From contig OZ025798.1 in assembly GCA_964019425.1 (NCBI GenBank), positions 992,001-1,056,000 on the forward strand: a stretch of 64,000 nucleotides of DNA. Direction: 5' to 3'. A model generated the notes under the pieces. That model searched no databases, was not told the DNA's origin, and saw only the letters and a program-made list of their open reading frames with translations. Positions 50,179 through 61,433 of this stretch are shown here, piece after piece (position 1 is the stretch's first letter; every line of letters starts with the position of its first letter). The stretch is from Flectonema sp. DT1601 (Eukaryota). The position numbers were made by a program, and so were the translations under genes.

Positions 50179-51747
50179 AAACTGAACCAGAGTAGAGGTA
50201 GTTGTTATTTTTGATATTCCGTTTAGTTTATTTTTACACGACTGTTTTTTGGGCTAAAATTCTTGCTTTACAGCGATTAAGCCAATCGTACTTTAACCTT
50301 CTGTTAGTAATTATATTATTAGAGCTTTATTGTGATTTAGTGTAGGTTTTTTTTTTTTTTTTAATGAAATTCATTTCTAACAACAGGTTTATAATTTATG
50401 TCTACATTCAGACAAAGTAAAATAGAGTCTGCTTATGTTGATACGCTTATTACTTCTATTTTCCATATAAAGTTCATCCTAATAAACAACAATGCTAGGA
50501 CAATGCTTGATGGAATGTTTCTGTGAGATTTTTGGAAGAGCTTTCTTTGCGACAGTTCCGATAAAATGTTGGGCGCCTACCTTAGTAGTAATTTGTTTTG
50601 TAATGGGAATCCATACGTTTTTAAAAAATCAAGCGATGACACCTGTACCGATAATGCATTAGCGCTCCTTCCGATATTCCTTTAACTAATATATATATTC
50701 GCTCACTTGTTTTAATTCAATTTCGCGCTACTGCAGAGTGATGCCATTCTTCTCACTCAAATCATGAAGGCATCTGTCAACAGTCCCGTTACTAATATAT
50801 GCCTTGAAAACTCACAATAAAGAAGATTAGCTATTTTATTTTGTCTTGTTAATTTTTCAAAAAAAAAAAAAAAAAAAGGAAAAAAAGAAATAAATAAAAC
50901 TTTCTTATTTATTTGTCAGTGACAGTCTCTTTCTAACTAAACCTTAACTGAGGAACCTTTGGAGTTGTCGCGTTCACATTATAAAATAGCTTTTTGTTGA
51001 TGTTGTTGTTGATGTTTTTATACCACTCCTCTCGCTTCCGATATCTCACCTTGATCCGACCTTGATCCGTCGCAGTCGTGACCATAAACTGACTGTTATC
51101 TTACTTGATCCTTTTGTTCTCAATTCTTACTGAGTGATACGGCCAGGTGCTGCCCAATAGGTAAGCCCACAGTACAATTATAATGTTGTGGACAACTGGG
51201 GGTGAACGATCCTCGGTACTGTTCCGGGACATAAAGCACATGTGGTCGTATTATAAAGAAAGATGCTGTACATGGAACGAAAAGGATTTATTATTATTTT
51301 TCACCCTCCCCCCTCACTCCCATATCATTTTTCTTTTATTTCCTTTAGTTGTTTTCAACCTGTTAGCCTCTGGAAATGGGAGCTGGAAATCGATTACTTC
51401 TAGCCGAAGCTACAAAACTACAATCTTTACGATTGGATCCTTACTGATGAAGGCTACGCAGACCTCTCGTAGTCATCAGTTCTGTATTTTTCCAACTAGC
51501 TAACACTAACTCATCCTTAACTAGCTTTATGGGTAGTGATTACTGCTATTTTAAACAGCTGTAACTTGGTTACTGTCAGTCGTATTAATTATTTCTTAAT
51601 TCGTAGGGAACAATGATGAACCTAGTGAGGAAATTGTCCTCCGGGGGGGATCGCGGATTGAAATGCTGCCTCGATCGACCTCTGAACTTCTAATGTTGAC
51701 TGTACACAAGTTACACAAAGAAGGGTAATTTTCTTTAAATCAGTTTC
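49965..51747 (+). repeat. Tandem segmental duplication, copy A
   Basis: Near-identical to 51756-53696 over ~49965-50140 and ~50365-51747. Confidence 0.9.
51613..51685 (+). ncRNA. Possible box C/D RNA (second copy at 53573-53645)
   Basis: ATGATGA ... CTGA spanning 73 nt, GC-rich internal hairpins, identical in both duplicated units; no target identified. Confidence 0.3.
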
Positions 51748-51755
51748 TCTTTTCT

Positions 51756-53696
51756 GTACAAAGAAGATGGTTACCGTCAACGGCTGTAATTTCTGTTGAG
51801 GTTTGGTGGGGAGGATCAAATACGGGTTCATACGTATTTACTATACTAAACTTTCAGTTACAGGTATGTCACGTTATAAGTACTACCCAAACAAATAATA
51901 AGACGTTTGTGTTGTCAAATCAAAACAAAATAACACTGAGTCGGGGAGTCTGGTTTCGTGCACAAACAAAAAGTCACAGTGTTATATTATTATTTTCTGT
52001 ATAGTTGAAGATAAAGCCAATTTTTTTAGTGAAATTTATTTCTAACAACAGGTTTATAATTTATTGTCTACATTCAGACAAAATAAGATAGAGTCTGCTT
52101 ATGTTGATACGCTTATTACTTCTATTTTCCATATAAAGTTCATCCTAATAAACAACAATGCTAGGACAATGCTTGATGGAATGTTTCTGTGAGACTTTTG
52201 GAAGAGCTTTCTTTGAGGCAGTTCCGATAAAATTTTGGGCGCCTCCTTTAGCAATAATTTGTTTTGTAATGGGAATCCATACGTTTTTACAAAATCAAGC
52301 GATGACACCTGTACCGATAATGCATTAGCGCTCCTTCCGATATTCCTTTAACTAATATATATATTCGCTCACTTGTTTTAATTCAATTTCGCGCTACTGC
52401 AGAGTGATGCCATTCTTCTCACTCAAATCATGAAGGCATCTGTCAACAGTCCCGTTACTAATATATGCCTTGAAAACTCACAATAAGGAAGATTAGCTAT
52501 TTTATTTTGTCTTGTTACATTTTTTTTTTTTTTTTACTTGGAGTAACGATCAGATGCTATCGTTTCAAAAAAAAAAAAAAAAAAAGGAAAAAAAGAAATA
52601 AATAAAACTTTCTTATTTATTTGTCAGTGACAGTCTCTTTCTAACTAAACCTTAACTGAGGAACCTTTGGAGTTGTCGCGTTCACATTATAAAATAGCTT
52701 TTTGTTGATGTTGTTGTTGATGTTTTTAAACCACTCCCGCTTCCGATATCTCACCTTGATCCGACCTTGATCCGTCGCAGTCGTGACCATAAACTGACTG
52801 TCATCTTACTTGATGCTTTTGTTCTCATTTCTTACTGAGTGATACGGCCAGGTGCTGCTCAATAGGTAAGCCCACAGTACAATTATAATGTTGTGGACAA
52901 CTGGGGGTGAACGATCCTCGGTACTGTTCCGGGGCATAAAGCACATGTGGTCGTATTATAAAGAAAGATGCTGTACATGGAACGAAAAGGATTTATTATC
53001 TTTTTTCACCTTCCCCCCTCACTCCCATATTATACCCTGGTTTTGGTTTCCCAGAGCTCGCGATTAATTCGTAATTGAATAACTCGATTCCGTACTGCAC
53101 TGAATGACAACACGGAAAAAGAGATGTGTATGCAGATAAGTTAGAAACATTTATTATAATGTAGAGCAAGTACGTCAATTGCAGAGTGTTAGCCTGTATT
53201 AATATTTTACTCACTGTATCATGAGTTTTTTATTATTGAGTTCTGATACAATACAGAGATTTATATTCGTATGTCACTCCCATATCATTTTTCTTTTATT
53301 TCCTTTAGTTGTTTTCAACCTGTTAGCCTCTGGAAATGGGAACTGGAAATCGATCACTTCTAGCCGAAGCTACAAAACTACAATCTTTACGATTGGATCC
53401 TTACTGATGAAGGCTACGCAGACCTCTCGTAGTCATCAGTTCTGTATTTTTCCAACTAGCTAACACTAACTCATCCCTAACTAGCTTTATAGGTAGTGAT
53501 TACTGCTATTTTAAACAGCTGTAACTTGGTTACTGTCAGTCATATTAATTATTTTTTAATTCGTACAGAACAATGATGAACCTAGTGAGGAAATTGTCCT
53601 CCGGGGGGGATCGCGGATTGAAATGCTGCCTCGATCGACCTCTGAACTTCTAATGTTGACTGTACCTTTGCAGTTAATTTTCTTTAAATCAGTTTC
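51756..53696 (+). repeat. Tandem segmental duplication, copy B (starts with a duplicated fragment of the penultimate M8-gene exon and its donor)
   Basis: gtacaaagaagatggttaccgtc at 49965 and 51756; last exon absent; extra ~45-bp and 243-bp segments. Confidence 0.9.
53019..53285. mobile_element. 243-bp segment flanked by 12-bp direct repeats (possible small insertion with TSD)
   Basis: TCACTCCCATAT at 53019-53030 and 53274-53285; copy A has a single TCACTCCCATAT at ~51314. Confidence 0.45.
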
Positions 53697-54112
53697 ACAC
53701 ATGCCACAAGAAAAACGAATATTTATGTCCAGTTGTAATTATTATTGTTTTTACTATTAAAGTAGGTTTACGATAGCTATATTATGCTTGGAGAGTTTGC
53801 TGTGAGGGTTTTAGCAAAGATTTTCTTCGAGTCAGTTCCATCGAAATATTGGGGTCCTCCACTGACGATATTTGTTGTTATTGTCATGCTGTACAAAATT
53901 ATACGAAATCAGATCGCGACTCCCACCCTGATGTCACTTGTGCCATCTGCTTAGAAGATTGCTAACTTCAATTTGGAAATGTATTATGGAACAGTAGAAC
54001 AATGTGTTTTCATAGTTTTTCTTGTTTATATTTTAATTTAGTGCACTTTTTTATAGCAAATATGTGTTTCCCCCCTCTCAGTTATTACGATTTAACACAA
54101 TTTTATCTAAAA

Positions 54113-54721
54113 ATGCCTGTTGCATTCGAAAGGGGATCAAGGCTTGCTAGCCGACCACCAAGGGAGGTTTCGGTCTACAAGAGGGAGAGGGAGAGATGTC
54201 AGCCAGAGCGCAGGGTATACCGTGAGATCAGGTCTTGCTCACTTCCAGCTGTCTCAAAGAGAATGACCAGCGAGTTCATATCCCTTCAGGAGTTCCCTGG
54301 AAACCTTGCGTTCATCATCGAACAGGGATGCATTGTTCAGAGAAACAACCCAATCGCAGTTCCAGTTAAGATGGAGACTCCGGCACCAGTTCCAGTACTG
54401 AAGGAGATCCCTGCTGCAAACTGGACTCCACCAGTTCCATTCAGATATGGAATGTCATTCTTCGCTTCTCAGCCAGCTCCAGCACCAGTCGAGTGCGTTG
54501 CTGGTCCAAGCCAGTGCATGTGTGTAAGCTGCTACCCGCAATACATGGTCGCAGCTTTCCCTGAAGGCGAAATGCTCCTTCCATTCCCTCCTATGCAGAA
54601 GAAGCGCAGAAGGAGGGGTCGCCGTGGTAGGGGTGCACGTGGTCGTAAGAAGGCTGCTGCTGAGGCAGAGCGTCTTGCGAACCTTGACGAAGACTCGGAG
54701 TCTGACTCTGAATCCAGCTGA
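54113..54721 (+). CDS. Small orphan protein (202 aa) with Arg/Gly-rich basic patch and acidic C-terminal tail
   Basis: GC-richer ORF with strong codon bias; pyrimidine-AG at 54081; KKRRRRGRRGRGARGRKK then DEDSESDSESS. Confidence 0.75.
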   Translation: MPVAFERGSRLASRPPREVSVYKRERERCQPERRVYREIRSCSLPAVSKRMTSEFISLQEFPGNLAFIIEQGCIVQRNNPIAVPVKMETPAPVPVLKEIPAANWTPPVPFRYGMSFFASQPAPAPVECVAGPSQCMCVSCYPQYMVAAFPEGEMLLPFPPMQKKRRRRGRRGRGARGRKKAAAEAERLANLDEDSESDSESS

Positions 54722-56014
54722 CCCTCAAATCTCTCTCTTTTTTATTGCCGTTATCCTCTAGCTTGGGCATTGCCCTTCTTCATTATTCTTGTTTACCTCT
54801 TTTTCCTGTCGACATATTTTCTTCGATGGGAAATGGAGTTTTTATTATTCAAATTAAGACAAATTGAAACGTGTGTGAAAACAAAAAAAAACAAAGACGT
54901 TAGGCATACGACAACTCGGCTTTGGTACACCTATATGACTTCTTGTCTGTTGGTGAAACTCGGTTCTTCGAATTTTTATAAATCCTTAGTACTACACGAA
55001 GCATGTGGCCACTGTTGCTCTCATATCGAGTGATATGCACCAACCTTTGGGGCCGCGCTTTGGGGCGCGTTGTCCTCTGTGTTTTCCGTCGAAAAAAAAT
55101 CCGTTTAAAAAAAAATCATCTATTCGTATTATTCTATCTCTACTTATTAGTTGCATATGTTTATCATCGCCAGCCGAGCGAAGAAGGTTTCGCTATATAT
55201 CTTTTTATAGCGTTGTACATTGTTTTTCTTGTTACAGAAAAGTACTTTTGTAAGTTTTAATTACATTTTTCTATCTATTCGTTTTTTTCATTTTTTTTTT
55301 TCATTTATTGTTATTTTTTGACCACGCCTAAAAAATAGTAGTCAATACTCCACTTATTTTCAATGTGGACTGCAGACCTTGTTGTTGCTTTGCTGGCGGC
55401 CTCAAGTCAGTCTTTTTCACTCTCATATTGGGGGTGAGCTGGTTATAACCGGTTAGACATCAGGGCTTGAGCTTTCAACTTTAATAGCCCTATCGGCTTT
55501 GATGGACCGCGCTTTGCTCGAGGGATGTATGTCAGTTGGAAAAAAAAAAAAAAAAAAAAAAAACGATTATTAAACAAAAATCCCCTCTCAATTCCTCTTA
55601 TACGTAAAATGGAATGCATGAGAAAAAAAATAGAGCCAAGTCTCTTAATGCAAACTTACAGAAGAATTATCTGTCGTGTTTTCCTCCCAATTTCTCACTA
55701 ATTACCTGGGCCCGGGTTGAGATCCTTTTCCTCTCTGACAACGCCTCTGTCGTTGTCTTTTTTATTTTAGCTTTTTCGCTCTCGATTCTTTATTTTATTA
55801 TTATTTTTTATTTTATTTTCCTCGCTATTAGTGGGGCTTTCGGATGGCTGGTCCACAGCAAATCATTTTATAGTATCTGTTTTAAATCATCGTTGTGATA
55901 ATTTTAGTTGACAATTCCAGGTAGTAAAAAAATGACGAAAAGGAAAACCAAAGCTTTTGATTGCTAATTATTATTATTTTATAAAAAAAAAAAAAAGGTT
56001 TTTATCATAAAAAT

Positions 56015-57418
56015 ATGAAGAAACGAATCGGTTTAATAGGGATTGCAGGTGTTGGTGTTGCTTTACAGGCTAAAGGAGTGAGTTCCCCTGACACAATCGA
56101 ACCTCAAGAAGGAAATGGAAAAAGTGTTGCAATAGTAGGCTCAGGTGCTGTTGGACTCCTTCAGGGATATGAAATGGCTAAAAAGGGATACAACGTAACA
56201 ATAATTGATGCACGAAGTGATGTTTCACAGTCATGCACTGGTGTTGCCGCAGGTGCTTTTAGCACTGATCGTAGACTACCCGACTGGGGAACAGTCTTAC
56301 CCAATATGGACAGCGACGCGATGGTTATCAACAAAAGATTCGAATTGACACAAATATTGACTCCAGAATTTTGGAAATTCTTCCCGCAGTTTACAATTCA
56401 AACACTTCAGCTGTTGATGTGGCCAACAGGACCACTAAAACAGTCAACAGAATCATGTAATGAATTAATGAGACAGGCTCCAGGCATTTATGATAAGTTA
56501 GCATCAGAAGTACCAGAGATCATGAAATACACTCGTAAGGGATGGTTAAAAATCTATCGAACCCAATCAACGTTTGACGCAGCAGTAGACAAGGCTAGTG
56601 ATGACTGTGTAGTTCTGAATGGACATGATGCAGTGCGACAGTTTGATCCAATTGCTGCTCCCAACTTGAAAAGTAGTGTCAGAGTTATTGGAGGTTTGTA
56701 CTTTCCTAACAATTATTGGGCATTTCCTGAGTCTGTCTGCAAAGAACTGGCATCCTACATGAAAACACAACTCGGCGTACGATTCCTCTTCTCAACTACT
56801 GTAACCAAACTATCACTTAATTCAATTGAAGACAAATACTCACTCTTAATGGGTAAAAATAACAGTACTGAAAATTATGATTTAATAGTACTCTGTGGTG
56901 GTGTAGGCAGCAGCGCACTAGCAAAGGAAATTGGTAAAAGAGTACCTGTATACCCTTTACGAGGGAACACAATGACAATAAACGGTTCAAGATCACCAGC
57001 ACTTACTAAAGATGGAATGTTATTATGGGATGTTGAGAACCATTGTATATTAAGTAGAATGGGAAACACTGTGAGAGTCTCCGCGCAGGGTGAATTTTCT
57101 GCAATGCCCAAAGGACCTGCCTATCAGGAATATACAGACATTGGATTGAGAAAGTCTTTACAACAATACGTCTCAATTATGTTGCCTCTTGAACAAGAAT
57201 ATCAAGCAGTACTTAGAAGTGGTGATCGTCCTATCACACCTGATTGGGCACCTATAGTTGGTCACCTTGACAAGAATGTGTGGGTAAATACAGGTCATGG
57301 CACAGCTGGTTGGACTATGAGCTTTGCTTCTGCCTCAGCTCTTGCGGAATACATCTGTTCAGGAAAAGCTCCTGAAGTACTCGACGCATTGTCACCAGAA
57401 AGGTTTCAATGGTTTTGA
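56015..57418 (+). CDS. FAD-dependent D-amino-acid dehydrogenase (DadA/DAO family)-like, intronless
   Basis: VAIVGSGAVG Rossmann motif, VYPLRG, RPITPDWAPIVG, NTGHGTAGWT, LSPERF. Confidence 0.9.
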   Translation: MKKRIGLIGIAGVGVALQAKGVSSPDTIEPQEGNGKSVAIVGSGAVGLLQGYEMAKKGYNVTIIDARSDVSQSCTGVAAGAFSTDRRLPDWGTVLPNMDSDAMVINKRFELTQILTPEFWKFFPQFTIQTLQLLMWPTGPLKQSTESCNELMRQAPGIYDKLASEVPEIMKYTRKGWLKIYRTQSTFDAAVDKASDDCVVLNGHDAVRQFDPIAAPNLKSSVRVIGGLYFPNNYWAFPESVCKELASYMKTQLGVRFLFSTTVTKLSLNSIEDKYSLLMGKNNSTENYDLIVLCGGVGSSALAKEIGKRVPVYPLRGNTMTINGSRSPALTKDGMLLWDVENHCILSRMGNTVRVSAQGEFSAMPKGPAYQEYTDIGLRKSLQQYVSIMLPLEQEYQAVLRSGDRPITPDWAPIVGHLDKNVWVNTGHGTAGWTMSFASASALAEYICSGKAPEVLDALSPERFQWF

Positions 57419-57676
57419 GGTGTACATTATTATAACATAGCGGAACTTTAATAAATAAAAATTTATGCGTACGTTACCAACCTACTGTTTAGGATTTTAT
57501 ATACAGGTTGTCCAAACAACGCGATTGCTAACAGCTTCTCAAAAATAAAAATAAAATATATTTATTATATTATTTCAAGTAGAATTACTTAATGAAGTGA
57601 GAGAGCTGTTTCTTGAAAAGAATGAGGTGAATCCTCTTCATAGCATTACTTCTCCTCAGAACTCAAAAAAAAAAAA

Positions 57677-58393
57677 ATGCTCTCAGCGGAAAGTAACATC
57701 CCGACATTCGCTGTATTTACGGCAATTGGACTGTTTTTGAATGAAGTTTATGAAAGGACCTTTTCAAGGGAGTTGTTACTAGGAAATCCGAGATGGTCTT
57801 GGCTTCTGAGCTTAACATACGCGACAGTGATATATATTCCTTATGTTATTTTAATGTTTTGGTCAAAACCTGTCGATCCTATATGGCCAAGAGGTATACT
57901 GTTATGCTCAATAGGAGACCATACAGAATGTGGGGATATGAAATATGAACAAACCTTTACTACGATTATGCTAAGTTATTTCGTTAGGGATTCCTTTGTT
58001 ATGTTAAGAAACCCTAAAGAAAATGGTTTATTTCTCATTCATCACGTTGCATGTAGTGTTGGTATATATTTGATGGTGCAGCTACCTCCGAGAAGTGGAG
58101 GTTTTGGATTCATAATAGGAACTGGGATACTAGAAATTGGATCTGCTTGTATGAACATTGGCCAACTATGGCCAGCCTTCTCAATTATTTTTTATGTTGG
58201 AATGACAATTTCAAATATTATTTGCATTGGTTTAATGATAAACCTCATGGTGTCAATTACCCTAACTCCTATACTAACCCTGCTATTAACCATATCTGGT
58301 ATTCTCATCTTCCTCAGACAAAAAGAATCCAACGCTGAAGCAACTAAACGTTTCAGTAGCATTGAAACTTGGAAAACAAAAAAAATTGCCTAG
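57677..58393 (+). CDS. Multi-pass membrane protein, TLC (TRAM/LAG1/CLN8) domain-like
   Basis: Several hydrophobic helices; SYFVRD, FLIHH and LEIGS motifs; C-terminal KKxx (KKIA). Confidence 0.7.
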   Translation: MLSAESNIPTFAVFTAIGLFLNEVYERTFSRELLLGNPRWSWLLSLTYATVIYIPYVILMFWSKPVDPIWPRGILLCSIGDHTECGDMKYEQTFTTIMLSYFVRDSFVMLRNPKENGLFLIHHVACSVGIYLMVQLPPRSGGFGFIIGTGILEIGSACMNIGQLWPAFSIIFYVGMTISNIICIGLMINLMVSITLTPILTLLLTISGILIFLRQKESNAEATKRFSSIETWKTKKIA

Positions 58394-58779
58394 TCGATTT
58401 GTCTGGGTTCTATTCTATGTGCGTTTTTTGTCGTCTATATATTTCATTTTTTCATTCTAAACGTTCAAAAACATAAAAATTTGTAAAGTTTTTGATTAAT
58501 TCACCAGCCATAACTAAAGTTATGTATTTTAACACTTTTATTTATTTAAATTGAAAACCGCAATTGGCAGCAATGAACAGCTATTTTCTGAATTGGCTGC
58601 AACACATGTGATCTGGCGTGCATAAACATTATTTTCGCATATGGATGTCGTCGCTGTGAAGCAAACTCCGCATTCTGACGACCATCCGTAGTGCTTGTGA
58701 TTCCAATCGCATCTTTTTAGTGTTGTTTTTTGTAATTTTGTTTTTGCTCAGCTACATCACCTCCACAAATACATAATAA

Positions 58780-60894
58780 ATGCCAACAGTAGATAAGAAA
58801 GCTTCTATTGTAGAGTTGAAAAAACTTCTTCAGGCTGAGGAAGAAAAACTCGCAAAAGTTAAAAAAGAAATAATTTCACGAAAGAAGGAAACCGAAAAAG
58901 GGATTAAATACGAAATGAACAACCAAGGACAAACAGTAAGAATATTTAATAACAAAGAGTTGAAAGAGTTGAGAAGGTGTTTTAAAGAAGTTGTTGAAAA
59001 GAGTTGTAAGTCAGAGAAGATAACCAAATCAGACTACGAACAGTTCACTGGAGATGACTCAAAAGAAGAATTCGATCTTCTCGATACAAACCATGACGGG
59101 TTTATCTCATCAAATGATTTCATTGCGTTCTTACAACAAGACCCATCCTCTTACCCATCCTCTGCTGGTCAATATCTTCAACAGGAGGTTGTTTCTAAAA
59201 GTACCTACTTGCAAGCACGTTTCGCAGATTCGTTTAATCGTTTCTCCAAACCATACTTAAGTGATGAAAGCTTAAAGGCAAACACAAACATCACTTACGG
59301 TTCATACAACGACAGTAACCCTACTGAAATGCAAGTAAAGGTCAGACCATGTACTCTACAACAACATCACAAGTTTGTAAAAGTATTAGATACTGACATA
59401 TGCAAATGGCAATCAGACAACATTATCCGTGCGGGAATAATGCTCAAAAGCAACAAAGATTTTGACACTATTGCTGCACGGAGTGTGTTCGAGGTCAAAG
59501 ACGAGACATCAGCAAAAGCACTGGTGGAGTTTTTAAACGAGTGGCTATCTGAAATTGTTATGGACAAGGACATGTATTATCGTAAAAACCCGTACAAAGG
59601 ATACGATTTCGAAGAAGAACTCAAACACTCTTCAGAACAAGAGGAAATTGAAAAAATCTTAAACGAGATGGGAATCATAGACGAAGGAAAACATGTTATA
59701 AACAAACCTTTATTCTTAAAGCATGCACGCATGTTATTAAATACTGAAATGTTTGTTGAAAAGGACGGTGATATTGAAACCAGGAAGGGCAAAACTTCAC
59801 AAGACGATAAAATAGCAAAAGGTATCCTGAACTGTCAACACTCTCCCCGTGACGTATGTAAACTCGTAAGAGCTCACTCAGAAGGAAAAAATATCATCAT
59901 TGACGGAAAACTACTACTCAAAAGTGGTGAAAATAATTCAAATAAATTAACATATATTCTCCGCCGTCTACATTCAGAGACCGACTTAAACATTGGAATC
60001 GGAGGGGACTTATACTCACATTTAAAAGACGTGCTTAACTGTGATGCGAAGATGTTTGAGGCCACCAAATGGGGAATAAAGATAAGAGGAAATGTAAAGA
60101 AAAGTTCTCATACAACAAGAATACCGATTAAACATCATAAATACGGAGGATTCAATAGAAGTAATGCCTTGGGTTGGTTTATAAAAGATTTATCTATCGA
60201 TGTGGAGTTCCAAAACTTACTGTCGACGGTCGATGAATTAGTAAACTTTCACGTTGAAGAAACTCGTCACACACTCGAAGCAAATTCCGGAACAGCATAC
60301 GAGTGGGGAGATTATGAAAATAACCAATTAAATTACGTAGCTGATTGGGCAAAGTTTATCATCCGAGCTGTTGAGGAGAGACTCCGACTTTCAAATAAAA
60401 TATTCCATCGCCCACTATCAAAATTTCTCCGTTTAATTGAAGATGTTGGATTGGATAAGATGAGCGACACTATCTCCGGTGCGAAGCTCACTTCAATTAA
60501 CATATCAACTGAAAGCTGTATATTCACGTCTTCATTTAGTAGCAACGTTGCTCCTTTTGCGGCACTCCCTTCTAAGGAAATGAGAGAAAACTTCAAACTT
60601 GGTAAAACTCTTTGTAATGTCCCTCAAGAGTTCATCAATGAACGCAAAGAGAGAGAAGAAGAGTTGAAAGATGAGGCAAAAATGAGAGCCTTGGCAGAAT
60701 CATTTGCTCCGGCAATGGATTATCTTGAGTCTGAGAAGGGAACTACAGCGATGGCTAAGAAGGAAGGGTTGGTATCTTTGTCAATGTTAGTAAAGGAAAT
60801 GACTGGGAGGGGTAAAGGTTGGCTCACTTCATTCTTATTTGATACTCCTGCTGAGGTAGACGACCTAAATTATGATACAGACAGCAGTAGTTAG
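58780..60894 (+). CDS. EF-hand-containing uncharacterised protein (704 aa)
   Basis: EF loop DTNHDGFISSNDF; N-terminal coiled coil; pyrimidine-AG at 58751. Confidence 0.8.
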   Translation: MPTVDKKASIVELKKLLQAEEEKLAKVKKEIISRKKETEKGIKYEMNNQGQTVRIFNNKELKELRRCFKEVVEKSCKSEKITKSDYEQFTGDDSKEEFDLLDTNHDGFISSNDFIAFLQQDPSSYPSSAGQYLQQEVVSKSTYLQARFADSFNRFSKPYLSDESLKANTNITYGSYNDSNPTEMQVKVRPCTLQQHHKFVKVLDTDICKWQSDNIIRAGIMLKSNKDFDTIAARSVFEVKDETSAKALVEFLNEWLSEIVMDKDMYYRKNPYKGYDFEEELKHSSEQEEIEKILNEMGIIDEGKHVINKPLFLKHARMLLNTEMFVEKDGDIETRKGKTSQDDKIAKGILNCQHSPRDVCKLVRAHSEGKNIIIDGKLLLKSGENNSNKLTYILRRLHSETDLNIGIGGDLYSHLKDVLNCDAKMFEATKWGIKIRGNVKKSSHTTRIPIKHHKYGGFNRSNALGWFIKDLSIDVEFQNLLSTVDELVNFHVEETRHTLEANSGTAYEWGDYENNQLNYVADWAKFIIRAVEERLRLSNKIFHRPLSKFLRLIEDVGLDKMSDTISGAKLTSINISTESCIFTSSFSSNVAPFAALPSKEMRENFKLGKTLCNVPQEFINERKEREEELKDEAKMRALAESFAPAMDYLESEKGTTAMAKKEGLVSLSMLVKEMTGRGKGWLTSFLFDTPAEVDDLNYDTDSSS

Positions 60895-61433
60895 ACTGCT
60901 ACCTGATGACAATATTTCGACTGCTGATTTACTTCCAGATCCTCACTTTAGATTTACTAATCTGTAGTACTTGTGGTGTAAAGACTATTCAGTTAGACAT
61001 TTGAAGGCAACCGTTAAGCGTTGGTTTAGTTTGTGTGTGTTGTGTTGTGCTATTCTTGTCCTTTAACCCAATAACCTTGAGGAAGGTACTTGCTATTTAT
61101 GTCTGTAAGATTTCCTCTGACAATGTTTTATTATTTTTATTTTCTCTCATTGTAATTTTTAACAACATTTAGTGTTGTTTTATTACTCTCTTTTTTTTTT
61201 TTTTGACCTCTCTTTTTTTTTGCAATTTACGTGAGCTGTATATTATCTCACCACAAACTGGGGGTGACAGGGTTTCTTCTATTCTTGGTTGTTGTTAGAA
61301 ACCTTTTTTTGTATCTTCTTAACGCCTCGTTATCACAACAACTGGTTGATGATCTGCTAACGAAATGTTGAACTGTGAACTTTGTATTAATAAACCTTCT
61401 CTTCCTCAGGTATACGTCGGTACACATAAGAAA

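Noticed and set aside
51444..51480. CTGATGA as a hammerhead ribozyme core
   Set aside because: No GAAA after a stem II; CTGATGA pairs with downstream TCATCAG in a simple hairpin
51183..51503. ORFs in the duplicated units (51183-51503, 53221-53463)
   Set aside because: Shared 3' part reflects the duplication only; the 5' frame is not conserved between copies
58640..58690. Hairpin as a SECIS element
   Set aside because: Upper helix too short, and no upstream gene needs UGA read-through
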